From the human T2T-CHM13v2.0 reference genome, Homo sapiens: DNA of 64,000 bases. The position numbers and the translations under genes are program-made. Shown here one piece after another: positions 38,701-54,632 of this stretch. The notes beneath the pieces were generated by a model. The model ran no database searches. It was not told the DNA's origin and saw only the letters and a list, made by a program, of their open reading frames with translations. Where the stretch lies: NCBI RefSeq assembly GCF_009914755.1, contig NC_060928.1; one strand, written 5' to 3'. How positions within the stretch are numbered: the stretch's first letter is position 1; the number at the start of each line of letters is the position of its first letter.

Positions 38701-39503
38701 ATACTAGCCCCCTCCAAAAAATGATAAATAAAAGAGGAAAAGAAAAAAACCTCATCAAAGGAAACAAATAAAAACCTTCTGGGCCAAATTTATTCAAATT
38801 AAGACTAAAGATTGTCTATTTGAAAGCATATCGGCTCCATTTACGTTTTCTCCATCCCAGTAGGAATCAACTACTCACTCAAGAAATTTATATCCACGAT
38901 GTAATGTTAAGTTTGTATAATGACCAGAGCTAGAATTGCCTTGATATATTGGACTGCTTTCTTTGCATGCTTTTCTCCTATATTTCATGCCAATAAGTAT
39001 AACTTCCCTCCAGTATATTTCAATTTTTCTTTTCATTCCTAAAGTGCACAATCTCAGACAAACAGGAAAAGCTTTGACAGTAACTTTGAAAGGTTTTTTT
39101 TTCTTTAAATAAAAGCTTTTTAAAATTTACTGTTATTTCCAGTTCTAGCTATCAGCCTGTACTAGTATACCTATTTGATGTAATTGAATATTTAGAAAAA
39201 ATAAAATATGCTTCATAAAATGCTGGTGTAAAATCAACTGTGGCAAGCAGTTAAAAAAAAAACACTCCACTAAGATTTACTAGCATGGAATTTTAAAAAA
39301 TTTATTCCACTTTTTTTTAGATTTATATTTCAATTTTATGCTTTAATTTCTTATTAAGAGACTGCATAAAAATAAGTATGCAAAGGACTTAGTTAAACAA
39401 ATAATGAAGACAACTGTGTGAATGCATTATCGTAAAAATGAAATATTTGCTAAAAATCTAGGAGACAAATAGGAAGAGCTAATGTTTACTGAGACCTTAC
39501 TAA

Positions 39504-39899
<396 letters not shown>

Positions 39900-40695
39900 T
39901 GACCATTTTGGCATATGGAAATTATGGAATTCTTGCAAGGACACCGAGCTAGTCAGTGCGAGAGCAGAGATTTGGGAATTCAAAGCCAGCTTGCCTGAAT
40001 CTGGCTGTTACTATTCTTATTAAGGAATCTTGGGCCTGTTGAGATTCACCAATCACCTAATTTGGAAAAGACACTTTCATTTCCCCTCCCTTTAGCTTCT
40101 TTCTTCAACAAAGAACGGAACATCTAGGGACAATTTAAAACACATTAGATACAAAACTAAGCTACTAGCTTCCTTGTATCTACAAAACTGTTGAAACAGG
40201 CTTTTCAAGAAGGAGTGAGTGAAATGTGTGAGTTGATGGGACCCTACACATGGCCATGTTTAAAGACAAATAGAATAAAATCAATTATTGGGCACAGAAG
40301 CAGCGTATCTGTGCTCAAGTTAAATTAAAGTGACAAGGGATAGTAGAAAGTAGATGAAGTTTGAGTTGAGGTACAGGTGGACTAAAAAAGTAGTGTGGAA
40401 AGATAAACAGAAAAAAGGAAAAAGGCAGGTGGGTGAAGACAACTACACATATTGAAGAAGCTGAAAACAGTGGGTTAGTGGGCGTGAGGATTATATTCCT
40501 CTAGGAAGAATTGGACTAAGGGAGAAGGTGTTAACAGATAATCTTCTAATCCCCAATAGGAACTGGACTTCAAATCACTGTGACTTGGCTTCCATTATTT
40601 GATGCAGCAGGCCACCTAAGAGCGGGTTCTCTCCTCCTGCAGCTATCATTTTAAACTTTCTAAGGAATTATTTCCTGACTTCATTATGCGGCAGG

Positions 40696-41204
40696 TGTGT
40701 GAGTTTCCTATTGCTCCTGTAACAAAACATCACAAAGTTTGTGGCTTAAAGCAGCATAAATTTATTGTTTCCCAGTTCTGGAGTCCAGAAGTCCAAGATC
40801 AAGGTGTTGGGAGGGCTGATTTCTTCCAGAGATTCTGAAGGAGAATCTGTTCCAGGCCTCTCTCATAGTCTCTGATCGCTGTAGATGAACAACCCTTGGT
40901 ATTCCTTGGCTCGTAGATGTATCACTCCAATCTCTGACTCTGTCTTCACATGGCCTTCCTCATTGTGTCTGTATGTCTTTGTATATTCACATGACAGTAT
41001 TCCTGTGTTTCTGTGTCTGTGTTCAAATTTTTCTCTTGTTAGAAGGACACTAGTCATATTAAATTAATGCACAATGTAATGACCTCATATTAATTTAATT
41101 AAATCTGCAAAAACCCTACGTCCAAAGAAGATCACCTGTACAGGTACTGCAGGTTAGGACTTCAACATATGTTTTTTGGGAGGACGCGATTTGACTCCGG
41201 ACCG
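40696..41204 (-). mobile_element. MaLR solo LTR, MLT1C-like
   Basis: gtggcttaaagcagcataaatttatt, gaagtccaagatcaaggtgttgg, gtagatgtatcactccaatctctg, ggttaggacttcaacatatg. Confidence 0.88.
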
Positions 41205-41774
41205 TAGGGTGAGATCTGATGTTTCACTACCTGCTAGTTTTTCATATTTTACTTCTGAGAAAACCAAGTCTTAGGATATTCAAACATCAGGTCTTATTGT
41301 CATGATTTGATCCCAGGCCCCAGTCCTAATGAAATTTTTCTTATTATACCATTCTGGAAAACTTCTTTTTAACTAATGCTCATGTGGTCCCCTAAAAAGC
41401 CATGGTAAAAGACGTGATTTAGGGAATGGGGCTAAGAAGGTGAGGGTTGGGGTAACAATTATTTCTATTGGTATAAATGGTACTTTACACACCTGTTACT
41501 GAGTAGACACCCAATACCTGTTTCATCAATGCAGAAAATCACACAAAGCATCAAGGACACTGATAGCAATGAAAGACTGCTTTTGATAATTCAAATATCT
41601 CACTAATAATTTTCGCACTCTCCTCCTGGTACACTGTATAGCACACTTACCTGAAAATTGGCTTCCAGATTCAATTTCTCACTAGAGGTCTGCCTTCACT
41701 TCACCACTTAATAGAAAGCTCTACAGGATGCCTTACTTTTCTGTTCTAAAGCACTATCTTTAGAACAGAAGCTA

Positions 41775-42200
41775 TAGAATAAAAGAGATCTGGTGTCAAA
41801 CCCCAGCCCATTTCCTTGCTAGCTTTGTGATCTTGGGTAATATATATTAATCTTTCTTAAACTTGGCTTCTTCATCTATAAAGTAAAGACAAAGATAGCA
41901 CCTGTGAGGATTAAATGAGCAAATCTATGTAAAGTGTTAGAGAATAAAAGCTGGTCAACAGAATGTGGTATGTTATTATCATAAGTATTCCATGTACTTG
42001 GCTTGACACATTGTATGTGATTTTACATATAACGTTCATACCACTTTTTGAGGTAGGTGCTACTTTTATCCCCATTTTGTAGACAGGAACTGACACAGAG
42101 GGGCTGAGGACCTAGGTTAAGCATTCATGGCTTCAGAGGAGTAGTGAAAGGGATGGGATAGGTCGGGCTTAGGCCTGTCTGACTCTAAAGGCTTGTTTTT
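41775..42200. mobile_element. Two MIRs in inverted orientation (+ ~41775-41985, - ~42020-42200)
   Basis: ctagctttgtgatcttgggtaa...tgtgaggattaaatgag, then cccattttgtagacaggaactgacacagag. Confidence 0.75.
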
Positions 42201-42921
42201 TAACCTCATTATCCTAATATGATGCATTATTTTAGGGAGCACAAAGAAAAGTGTTTTGGTTTAACACCAGACAGAAAACAGTCTGAATTTACCTTCACAG
42301 TGTTTGTTCAGGTATTGACTTCTCAGACACAAGTAGAATAAAAACTAATAAATAAGCAAACAAACAAACAAGCCTGCTTTTCCTTAGTAGGAAGTGAACA
42401 TGGCTAGAAACCATCTGCATCTCACTCCCACCCCAACTCAATCCCTTCCGCATGACACTGTCAGGACTCTCATGGCCCCTCCTGGGTAAAACAATGGCCC
42501 TTTGGGTAACCACCAGCATGCAGGAACAGCAAAGTTCCAAATGGGATCCTGGCCAGTTTCAGTTACAAATAGATTTTAAGCAATTCACCAAAGCACAATA
42601 TACAAAAAGTGACCAAAAACGTGTGGGAAAAGTAGGGTGAAGAATCACTGGCAAGTGAGTTACCAAATATGAACACAGGGGAAATATAGGAACAGTTATC
42701 CATATCCAAAAGAGGTTGACAAGCCAGGCTAGCAGGTGTTGATAAAAAGAAGGAGCTGCAGAAACAAGGAGGGACCTCTGGAGGAAACCATTTGTGAATG
42801 GCTTTGATTTAGCTCCCCTGGGGTCCCCTCTGCAGCTCTATAAAGTAGCAGACCTCACAGTTTAAAATCAGATACCAATGCGTCAAGGGCATTCACAGGA
42901 ACCCCAGTTCTGATAGCCAGC

Positions 42922-43312
42922 TGCTATGGTCTGAATGTCCCTCAAAACATATGTGTTGGAAACTTATTCCCAATGCAACAGCATTGGGATTTGGGTCCTA
43001 ATAAGTGTTTAGGTCATGAGATCTCCTTCCTCATGAATAGATATTGCCACTATAGAAAGTGTTCATGGGAGTGGGTTCACTCTCTTCTGCTCTTCTGCCA
43101 TATGAAGACATAATGTTGGTCTCTGCTTGTCTTTTTACTTGCCATGTAAGCATGCAACAAGAAGGCCCTCACCAGACACCAGACACCACAGATGCTGGTG
43201 CCTTGATCTTAGACTTTCCAGACTCCAGAACTGTGACAGATAAATCCCTTTTCTATATAAAGTTGTGCAGTCCCCAGTCATCTGTTACGGCAGACCAAAA
43301 CGCACTATGACA
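42922..43312 (+). mobile_element. MaLR solo LTR, MSTC/MSTD-like, full length
   Basis: tgctatggtctgaatgtccc start and actatgaca end. Perfect TSD ccagc at 42917-42921 and 43313-43317. Confidence 0.88.
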
Positions 43313-46095
43313 CCAGCTCTTCTATACTCACTTGTCTGACCACCTCAGAGGGACAATCAACATAAGGCCAAATGCATTTACCTTGAGGATGCTACAAAAC
43401 ATAAACACTACCTACTGACATAGAATGTGTGAACCTAGCTTCCCATAAGAAATTAAAGCATTTTGGTCTGCACTAAAAGCAGAATTCAATTATTATAGGA
43501 AGACTTATGATGAAGGAATAAAAAAAGAGTTATGTAATAAATGTGAGTCACAAGAGTACATTAGTGAACTTGGTTTCAATTATTCCAAGCATCAAGAGAG
43601 TTAGGGCTCTGAATTTTGTAAAAACTAGTTTATTGCGCATTTTAATTGAGGAGGTGATAAAGGCTGTAGATTTTCTGCATACTTAGTACTACTTACTTTA
43701 AAAAACTTGAAATATAAATTTGTTTATTTAATATAGGTGGATGATTTAGTCAGGAAAATATTTGAAAGGGGTTCTTTCATCTGCTTTTTCAGATTAAGGA
43801 GTTTGGTAAATCAGATGACTAAACAACTCACATCTTTAAACCCTCAATTATAATTTTTCAGTGCCATGGCAGAGATATGGATTCACCAGACTTGATGCTG
43901 TAAAAAGACAGCATATATTTCAATTTGGCTGATTGGTTTCAGAAAGTAAAGCCACTCAAGAGAAAGCTGGACATGAGGATTGAACAGATGGTGACTTGAG
44001 ACTATAGCCAATTCCCATTGCTAAACTACCCTGAAGTCAATGGAATCACAGCTGTCAAAGAATTGTAGAGCTATTCAGTGGAAATGAAAACCTAATTTCA
44101 GAAACAATTCATAGATTTGATGGGCATGAATCATACCTTATGTTTTTGTGTCTGCCTTTAGGTTCCAACTCTATGGGTATATCTCAGTCATTTAGCATCT
44201 GCTCTATCTTTGAGGCTGAGTTTCCAGAAGACCTGATTCAACCAGAAGCAAAAGACAGTAGCCAAGAAGATGGCATAGCATAAGAATCTTGGAAATTGAT
44301 AAAAACATCCCAGAGATATCCAACAAAATTAGTAACTATGTGAAGAGATTCTGTAATATTGGGTCTATTGGGCTCTGTGGGAAGGTATTCCCTTTGGAAA
44401 TGACTGAAATGGAAATTTTGAACCACTTTCAATGATACAAGTTTGGGGTTAACATGGAGATGGTGCTTCACAGAAGACACCACATTTCAATAATTGTATT
44501 CTTATCGAATTGTTTAAAATTGGTCAGTGACTAATATTAAGCCTCTAAGAACAAAATTCATTAGGTTTATTTAGCCTGTTTTTGCATTACTGCTACAAAA
44601 TCCAATAGTTTAAATAGCTAACTGAATACTTTTGATGTTAAAGAGCAAAATTTCATGAAGATTTTAGATCAAGAGAGCTACCACTGAGAAAAAACAATGC
44701 AGATTTGTGGTAAAGTCCCATGAATTTGTTGAACTGCCAAGGCTTCTGATCATCACTGCTGAAGAACTTCTAATGGTGACTTCCATCTCAGCTTTCTCAT
44801 TGCCAACTATTAAGAATGTATGGATTATCCAGATGTTGCAACACAGTTGTGTTTTTGGCTTCACCACTCCCTCTGGGCTGTGATTCTGTTTTTTTTTCTT
44901 TTATTGTTGATGTTCTTTGTTTTTAATATGAGAAAGATTTGTGTATTATACTTCAGTTTTAGTTTCCTTAATCACAGACTAGACAAAAGAAAATTGGCTT
45001 GGTTTCCTATTAGGAAACCACTTAGAAGCCATTATCAGAATCGTAGACCATCACTGTGAACTATATCCAGGTGTTGTCATGAAAGTATGACATCCTAGAG
45101 TGGAAAAGCAACCTGGGTTTCCGAGACTGTTTTACTCTTTTATCTGGAATGTTGTTTTAGCTGCTATGGCTCCAACAGGGTGAACATAGCATTTTATTTA
45201 ATCTAAATATCTTTCTGCTTTTTTTTTCTAAGTTGCAAAAAGTCAATGACCACATTTCATCTCTAGCCTCTCGTGAGGTTTAAATTACACAAGGAAGAAA
45301 TATTTACAATGTCAAATGCTGAAGATTGTTTGGAGTCAGAAGTGATTGTTCAGAATCTGTCTTAATGACAAGTCAGAAATTAGACAAAGAGATGAAATGC
45401 TAAGCCCCCAATGTGTTCTGAAAAGTTAAATAACCATCTTACATCAGTTGGTACGTTTTTGTAAGAGTCCAGGATGTAAAAGTGATAAATAAATTAATGA
45501 AAAGCACTTTTAAAAATCAACAAAAGACATGGCAGGAAATGGAAGAAAAGAGAAGCAAGGGATGCATTCTAATAGATATTAAGAACAAGCCAAAGTGCAG
45601 TATTTGCTCTAGGGTTTTACTGTTCATTGTGTCAAGACTCACAGATTTTAGATATTTTTTTTAATTGGGAAAGTAAATGAGGCAGGTAGATAAGTAGAAA
45701 AAGTTGTGTGAAACTCATCAGTACTGAAAATAAATAGTTGTACTTCTCTGTGGTTGTAGTTAAACTTATTCAAAGCTCAGTGTCCTAGTGGAAGAGTGGA
45801 AATGAACCTCACATAGTTGTTCAACTGTCCTATGAGTAGGCAAAAATTTCCACACATCATGTTTATTGATCATGATTTTTCTTTTCTTGGACTGTTATTT
45901 TAAGATCAGTACACACTTTACCTCATACCTCTACAAGAAAGTGTAGGATCTCATGGTCCTGTGTATGTGCTCTATAAAGTACATGATGAAGGAACCTTGT
46001 CTGTCTTTTGCTACACAGCCCAACATAGAATAGAACCTGACACAATGGAGTCACAAAAAGCATGTGTCAAATGAATGAATAAAGAATCAGCACGC

Positions 46096-46720
46096 ACCAT
46101 TGTGGAAGACAGTGTGGCGATTCCTCAGGGATCTAGAACTAGAAATACCATTTGACCCAGCCATCCCATTACTGGGTATATACCCAAAGGATTATAAATC
46201 ATGCTGCTATAAAGACACATGCACATGTATGTTTATTGCGGCGCTATTCACAATAGCAAAGACTTGGAACCAACCCAAATGTCCAACAATGATAGACTGG
46301 ATTAAGAAAATGTGGCACATATACACCATAGAATACTATGTAGCCATAAAAAATGATGAGTTCATGTCCTTTGTAGGGACATGGATGAAGCTGGAAACCA
46401 TCATTCTCAGCAAACTATCACAAGGACAAAAAACCAAACACCGCATGTTCTCACTCATAGGTGGGAATTGAACAATAAGAACACTTGGACACAGGAAGGG
46501 GAACATCACACACCAGGGCCTGTTGTGGGGTGGGGAATGGGGGAGGGATAGTATTAGGAGATATACCTTATGTAAATGACGAGTTAATGGGTGCAGCACA
46601 CCAACATGGCCCATGTATACCTATGTAACAAACCTGCACGTTGTGCACATGTACCCTAGAACTTAAAAGTATAATAAAAAATATATATTAAAAAAAATAA
46701 AAAATAAAAAATAGAAAAAG
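46096..46720 (+). mobile_element. L1PA3/4-like 3' end, 5'-truncated
   Basis: ORF 46100..46471 is the L1 ORF2 C-terminus (WRFLRDLELEIPFDPAIPLLGIYP...MFSLIGGN), followed by 3'UTR and an A-rich tail. Degenerate TSD aaagaatcagcacgc / aaaggatcaactcac. Confidence 0.96.
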
Positions 46721-47543
46721 GATCAACTCACTTTATTCTATTTTTTTCTAACTTTTTATCCTTCTCTTCTGTTTTTCTACTTACTAGTATTTTATCTTAC
46801 TTGTTTTATATGTAATTTTGAAATCCACCTCAAATCAAAAGGACACGGAAGGAAATTTCAGATTTCAGGTAGCTGTAAGTAATACTCCCAAGAACCATTG
46901 AGGGTAAGATGCAGGAGAAAGTCTGGGGTAGAATATGACTTTAGATTTATAAGCAAATAGACTTGCTTATATTTTACCCCCAAATTACACAGACTTATAA
47001 ACCTAGCCATTGACACAGATAGGTAGCCACAGGCTCCTCCTGGAAAGAGCTGAGCTAATCCTTTTTAATTACTTCTCACATGTTCACCTCTTAGATAAAC
47101 TACTTCTCTTCTGCTGGTGTAATGGCTAATTTTATGTGTCAACTTGACTGGGCTAATGGATGCCCAGAAAGCTGATGAAACATTATTTCTGGGTACATCT
47201 GTGCAGGTGTTTCTGGAAAATGTTAGCATTTGAATCAGTAGACTGAGTTAAAAAGATCACCCTCCCCAGTGTGGGTGGGCATCATTCAATTTCTTGAGGG
47301 CCTAAATATCATAAATTCACTCTCTCTCTCTGAGTTGGGATATCTATCTTCTCCTCTCACACCTCAGTGCTCCCGGTTCTTGGGCCTTCAGACTCAGACT
47401 GAATTATACCACTGGCTTTCATGTTTCCTCAACTTGCAGATAGCCGATCATGGAATTCTTAGCCTCCATAATCTTGCAAGTCAATTCCTATAATAAATCT
47501 TCTCTTACAGTTATATTTAATAAAATATTCTCTTATAGATATA

Positions 47544-48345
<802 letters not shown>

Positions 48346-48819
48346 ATATATTTATAAGAGAAAGCTATGTTTCTCTGGAGAAGCTTAAAGAAGGTTATTT
48401 TTCTCTAGAGAACCCTGATGAATATACCTGGGAAGCAGTGAGAGCTAAAAGAGGTCAACCCTCTTTGTCTAGTATAAGTCCCTTCTTTTGGAAACCAAAG
48501 CTTTCAGGGGAGTGAAAATTCTTCCAAAACAGGTATACAGAAAGAAATCGAGGAAGAGAGGGAAGAAAGAAAATATTCCAGAAAATAAAAAGACAAAATC
48601 AAGTAGTGATCTGATTATTCCATCAAGGTAGCTAGCATAAATGGCAAGCCTCTGGCCCTTCCCTCATTCCATTTCAGCAACTTCTTTCTTTCTCACATGG
48701 ACTTTGGGTTTCTGTGCCAGTGTCTTTATATTCTTTCCCTCTTCCTGGGACAAGTGACATTTAAAAATTATACCTGAAACTGACAAGGATATCAAGTCTA
48801 TCATTTGCAGTTCAAACAG

Positions 48820-48902
48820 TCATTATTCCAGTATAGATATAATTACTAAACAGCTTCAACATTCATTATTCCAATATAGACATAATTACTAAACAGCTTC
48901 AA
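48820..48902. repeat. Tandem duplication, period 43 bp, two copies
   Basis: tcattattccagtatagatataattactaaacagcttcaa versus tcattattccaatatagacataattactaaacagcttcaa. Confidence 0.92.
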
Positions 48903-51128
48903 GGCCATCAAGGTCGGAGAAAATCTATGGCTATCACTGAGAATCTATTCTTGCGCACAAGCAAATTCTAAAACCTTTTTCTTTCTTTCAGATGCTTAAG
49001 GTGGGAAGAGAAGCTGGAAACCTAGAATTATTTCAACTCAATCACAAGCCATTCACTGACTTTTTACCATGTATAAATCCTGATCAACCTCAAAAAGAGT
49101 AATATTAAGTTTGATTCTTACACTTTTTAAAAAAAATATATCCAAGATACTACTATCAAAAGATGGCCCAGAATCAACTGCCAGATTAACTATATGGCCC
49201 ATAGATAATGATAGAGGAGGGAACTTAAAAAACTACTTTCTTGTGCAAAAATTATACCTGTCACAAAATAAAGATAAAGTGGAGCACTAGAATTTATGAG
49301 GCATTAAAATAGCTCATTATTTTCTACAGCCTAAAAGTTTTTTTTTTTATTTTTTCTGAAAGATAAAAGAAAGTGAACATGTAAGGGTTAATCAAGAACC
49401 TGAACAAACATTCAACAGACAGTATTCTTTATAAACTTCAAAGTTCATAAGAATATGTTTTTGCTAAGTAGTAAGGGGAGAAAATAAGAATTCAGTTAAA
49501 CAAAGAATAAAGATAGCTGCAAGTTAGGAGTAAACATACCAGAGGATACGAGAGTATTAAGCTTCTTCAAATTTTGCTTCCAAGGTTTTCATTTTTCTGA
49601 AAATATAAATGAAGTTCAAGTAAATTAATATTTTTACCATGTTAATATTACTTTTCTTTTTAAAAGCTGATATTGAGTACTGAATTCTCTGAGATCTAGC
49701 AGTCCACACCTGGAAATTAGTTACTACTTAAAGCAAGAACTAATGGCTCCTAGGAGAAAATGCAGATGATAATGTCAACCTACCTCTAGAGGGCTTACTA
49801 CAAATCGAATCTAGTTGAAGACATACCAGACATCACTCCAGGAAGCACTTGTTTTTAAAGGTGGTATACAGGTATTAAAAAGACTTTTGTTTGGAGAGAC
49901 TCATGCCTGACTTGCTTTTCCAAATGACAAATGAGTCTTCACTGATCTTCAGGCATAATTTGGTATTTCCAAGTCTTTTTTTTTCTTTCTTTTTGAAAAA
50001 ATACCAATTGGGAACTAGGTATTTCCAAATCTTAACTGGGGTTATTTACCATCTCTGGTGCCACCCAAGCTGTGAGCTCCTTGTGTGCCCATTGTGCCCA
50101 GCAGCAGACACAAAGTCTGGCATAGAAGCAGGCGACGAGGAAATGTGTGCTGCTTTGAATTGATCCTCTCTTTTAGTTCCAATGATGTTTAGAAAATCTC
50201 AGTACAGGATGAAGCTGACAATAATAAAAATGCATTTGACATTTTTTTGTAGTTTATAATAATTAACACACACTTTCAAGCACATTATCTTAATGAAACC
50301 TTAAAACATCAGTGAGTGAGGCTTTATTATTATTTACATTGATGAGATGACTGAATCTAAGGGACTTAATGTAATAAAGTAGAGATTCAAATTTAGTTCT
50401 TTTGATTTTAATCTCAATGACCTTTTCATTGACTCATTGCTGCTTCTGATTATACAGGTAAGAAAGTGAAAAATCAGTAACTTTTTAATAGTTTTCCCTC
50501 AGTGTGTAGAATTGTAGAACCTGAGACAGGGAAAAGCCATCGTGATTGCAGCTAATTAGTCAAAACATTGACTTATGAAGGGAATTGGGGGGTGAGGCCT
50601 TAATGTATCAGCTCCTGGAGAGCTCCTTAAGCCAAAGTGTTAAACTAATCAGGTGCCAGGAAGAGAGATCAGACCCAAAAAGGAAAGCCATCTTCTTGGC
50701 TGACAAACTAAGGGAGGTAAAAAGACCACTAGGATGGTACCCAAGACACAGGATGAACCACGTTAGAGCTGAGCATAAAGTTTGACATGAGAAACCATCA
50801 TGGAGAAGCACAAGAGGAAGTGAACAAGATGGGATCTGGTAGACATGGAGTTGGCTCCAATTGACTGGGTCTAACTGCAGAGGTCTAGTTTATTCCACAC
50901 ATGCTGTTTCCATCTTGGTGCACTGCTCAAGACTTGACATCACTCTCATTCAAATGAGATGGGAGGAGAAAGAGGGAATATAAATTATTAACCTAAAAAA
51001 TGGTCCATTTTCTTTCTACTCATCAGCAGATGCATGGCAGTTAACCTGGGAATCACGCCCTAGTAAATGTATGCTTTGATAAATGACCTATCTTCCTATT
51101 TAGAAATAAGAATAGGTTGGTGGGGCTA

Positions 51129-51536
51129 TGTACTGTTTTCCAGAGAAACAGAACCAATAAGATGTGTGTGTGTGTTTGTTTATTTATATATATATAAATA
51201 CATTTATTATAAGGAATGGAGGAATGGACTTACACAATTAAAGAGGCTAAGACCTAGTAAAGCTGATGATGTAGTTTCAGTCTGAGCCTGAGTCTGAAGG
51301 CAGGAGATGACCAATACCCCAGGTCAAAGAAGTGAGGCCTTTTATTCTATTTAAGTCTTCAACATATTGGAGGAGGCCAACTCCCATTGAGAAGGGCAAT
51401 CTACTTTACTCAAGTCTGCTGATTTGAATGGTAATCTCATCCAGAAACACCCACAGACATATCCAGAAATAATCTTTAACCAATGTCTGGGCACTTCGTG
51501 GCTTAGTCAAGTTGACACATAAAATTAACCATCGCA
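51129..51536 (-). mobile_element. ERVL solo LTR MLT2 (B/C-like)
   Basis: ccagagaaacagaaccaataagatgtgtg...gaagggcaatctactttactcaagtc...gtcaagttgacacataaaattaaccatcgca. Confidence 0.88.
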
Positions 51537-53289
51537 AGCTGTTTCTAGACAAAGCAGTGAGGGTGGTATTAAAGGCTGAAATGGATGAATGGTCACAGAG
51601 AAGAGAGGATGAAGCCCTGAAGGTGGGTGCCCGTATCTTGCAATTTTGCACTGGGGTTAGAGCTGGTGCTGAGAGCATTGGGAGGGCAATAAAACAGTGG
51701 TTAAGAGCATGGATTGCCTGGGTTTGACTCTTGTTTCTAACACTCACAAGCTGCATGTTTTGAAAACTTGTAATCAAATTTTTTCTTTTTTTTTTTTTTG
51801 TAAAGTTGTGATAATGTAGTACCTGCCTCCTGGGTTGTAAGTTTTAAAATATTTAAATAATATATATGATTCACTCAGAGCAGTAAATCCCCAATAAATT
51901 TTGAATTTTTTATGGTAGAAGGATTTGGGGAGATAAGGTAATCTGGGAAAGTGTAGTAACTTGCATCAGTATAAAACTAGATTGAATATCACATCTCTTA
52001 GGGCAGGCGTATTTCTTCAGGGGATACTGGAAAAGTCTAAACTACAAAATACATGAGTGAATCTTTGACTCACATCACTTGTTTACCTCTTCAACTTACT
52101 GTTACAAAGGAAGGAAGGTACCTGTTCTAATTTATCTATTAATTCAACAAATAGCTATTGAGAATCGACCCTATGCCATGGGATGTTCCAGGCATCAAGA
52201 TACAGCAAGTTCCTGCCCACAGGGACTGTCCATTCCAGTAGGATTCACTTTAGTGGTTGTTAATGTTTATCTCTGTGCTTCCTGGCTGTTGTGCTTCTTT
52301 CAAAGATGATTAAGAGGTAGAAATCCAGGCTAGGTAAGAACCCGGCAGAGGTGACAAGAAAATGGTTAATCCATTTCATTTGCTTTCTGCCTAGGTGGAA
52401 AGATCTTAGGCCTTTCCACACACTCGTTCCTTTGGACATTTTTCTTTTTTGAAAAGCTGAGCTCCATTCTGGTTCTGACTACACATCCAGAAACCAGCGG
52501 GGATGGATACCTGAGGAGAACAAGTACGCTCCACCAGTGAGCTGAGTCCTACCTTCTCTCAGTTGGAGGTCACTTACAGTAGGGCTGTGTCCTATGCTTT
52601 GTTTCTGGTGTCCTGCCTTGAGAGCCCCCAACTAGTCATAACATAAAATGGGACAATGCCTCCTTTGTTCCCATCAAATCTGTCCACTCCAACCCAGCTG
52701 TGCTCTTCTAGAATAACTGTCTCCTTGGGCTCCTTATGGGACATCAGCAGAGTGTTCTATTCTTCAATAATAATGTCTTTCTCCAAAGGTTTTTGCCTTT
52801 CTTATTTTCTTGCTATATGCCATGCCTGGCACATTAGCAAAGACCTAATAAATGTTTGTCAAATGAATTTGAGTGGTGTTCAAGATGATCTTAGAAGGTA
52901 TGTGGTAAACAACTTACATTTCCATATATTAACTTTAATGCTGTAGGAAAGATATATAACTGGATTCAATAGATTAATGTCTTTTTAAAGACACTGAACA
53001 TACAAACTGAAATTATTAATATATATATGTTCATCTGTAATGATTGCAAAGTTTTCTTCTCTAGCATAGTAAAATCTAATAAATCTGTTACTATTAAACA
53101 TTAAAAATGTTTAACTACTATATAAAAACTTCAGGTAACTTTATGGTAGCTACATCTTTTTAAACATATTATTTATTTCAAATAATTTAATGAAAATGGA
53201 ATTTTAAGGAAATAAATAAAGACATTTACAGTGGTATGAAACTGACCAAAGTTTGGGAAACATTGACCCAGTGGCTAATCACACAACCT

Positions 53290-53522
53290 CTGTAGTTTAC
53301 CTGGCTGGGTTTTAATCCTGGCTCTGACATAAACCAATTGAATGGCCTTGGGAAAGGGTTTGGCTCCTCTAGGCCTCAGTTTCCTCATTTTAAAATGGGG
53401 CTAAAACAGTACCTACCCCATAGAGTTGTCGTGATGAGTAAATGAAATACATAATCCATGCAAAATGCTAAACCCTCTGGCAATCAATTGTGACTTTTCA
53501 GTAAATGGCAATTATTACTAAT
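53290..53522 (+). mobile_element. MIR (MIRb-like)
   Basis: ctgggttttaatcctggctctg...ggcctcagtttcctcattttaaaatgggg...gtacctaccccatagagttgtcgtgatgagtaaatga. Confidence 0.85.
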
Positions 53523-54632
53523 CATTGCTCTAATAACATAAGTAACATCTTCTCAACTCCTACTTGGTGTTCTAAATGCCATTGAATGGAAGGCTCAGGC
53601 TGCTGTTTCATTCTCAAGGACTTGCACAGGAGTTGTGGTAGGCCTGGATGTGGAGGTGGATCCCAACAAGACACATGCTTACAGGAAGGGGAGGTCATAG
53701 ACTCAGAAGAAACCAAGAGAAACTGAGGTCTGGGCAGAGGTCCCAAGGTTTAGCTAATGAGCACATCTCCTAGGCTGTTGAGTGGGAAGACTGGAACCTC
53801 TTCTGAGACCCCCACAACTACTTTACTTCAGTAATTTATTTCAATTGGTACACTTGATCCCTTAAGAAAAAATGACCCTGCTTTCCTGAATGTTAAGTAG
53901 ATGAGAGTTCGGTCCATATTCAATGCTAAGAAGCAGAAATTTTGCAGAGCAATAAAGAGAACACACACATAAATAAGATGAAATTTTGTTTAACCATAAA
54001 ACCTGCAGTTGGTTAGTCATTACATCGTAATCTAACCTGATCTAAACAAGGCAGCGCACAGATGCCTTATAAGCTTTTTCTCTTCTACAAATATCTCATT
54101 ACCATCCATAGGAGCAGTTAAAAAAATATATAGATATTTTGTTTTTATTGCCTTTATTTCTGAAACATAAAAGGTTTTATGTTTCTAATTCCTAGACAAT
54201 TTTTCATGATATTTCTGTTTATCTTGCATTCTATTTTCAAACCCTGTTTGGGAAAAAAAAAATCAGTGATTTCGGGAAAGTCTAAAGTGTTTTTCAATTA
54301 TAATGAGGGAATTCTGGAACTCGAGTTCTTTGCTGACTCTGATCTTAGACAACTACTTTGCTCAACAGGAGTTAGTCTACTTGGGATTTTAGTCTCCTGG
54401 TTCCTTTAAAATTCTCTCTGGTTGCTCTTATTTCCTTTTGTTTCATTATTGCTTATTGCACTGAGTTTTAATAAAGTTTACTTAGACTGGTTTTGGTAGC
54501 AATAAAGCCTTATTTAGTTGAAAGTTTTCCAACATAAGAGTTTTATTTTGCAGAAAAATAACATCCCTGCAGTCGTGCTTCTAATGATCATCACACAGAT
54601 TTGAACAAAAGACTCTGAGACATAAAAACAGC

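Noticed and set aside
46100-46471. 123-aa ORF as a cellular gene
   Set aside because: It is the C-terminus of L1 ORF2 in a 5'-truncated element, with no promoter or true start.
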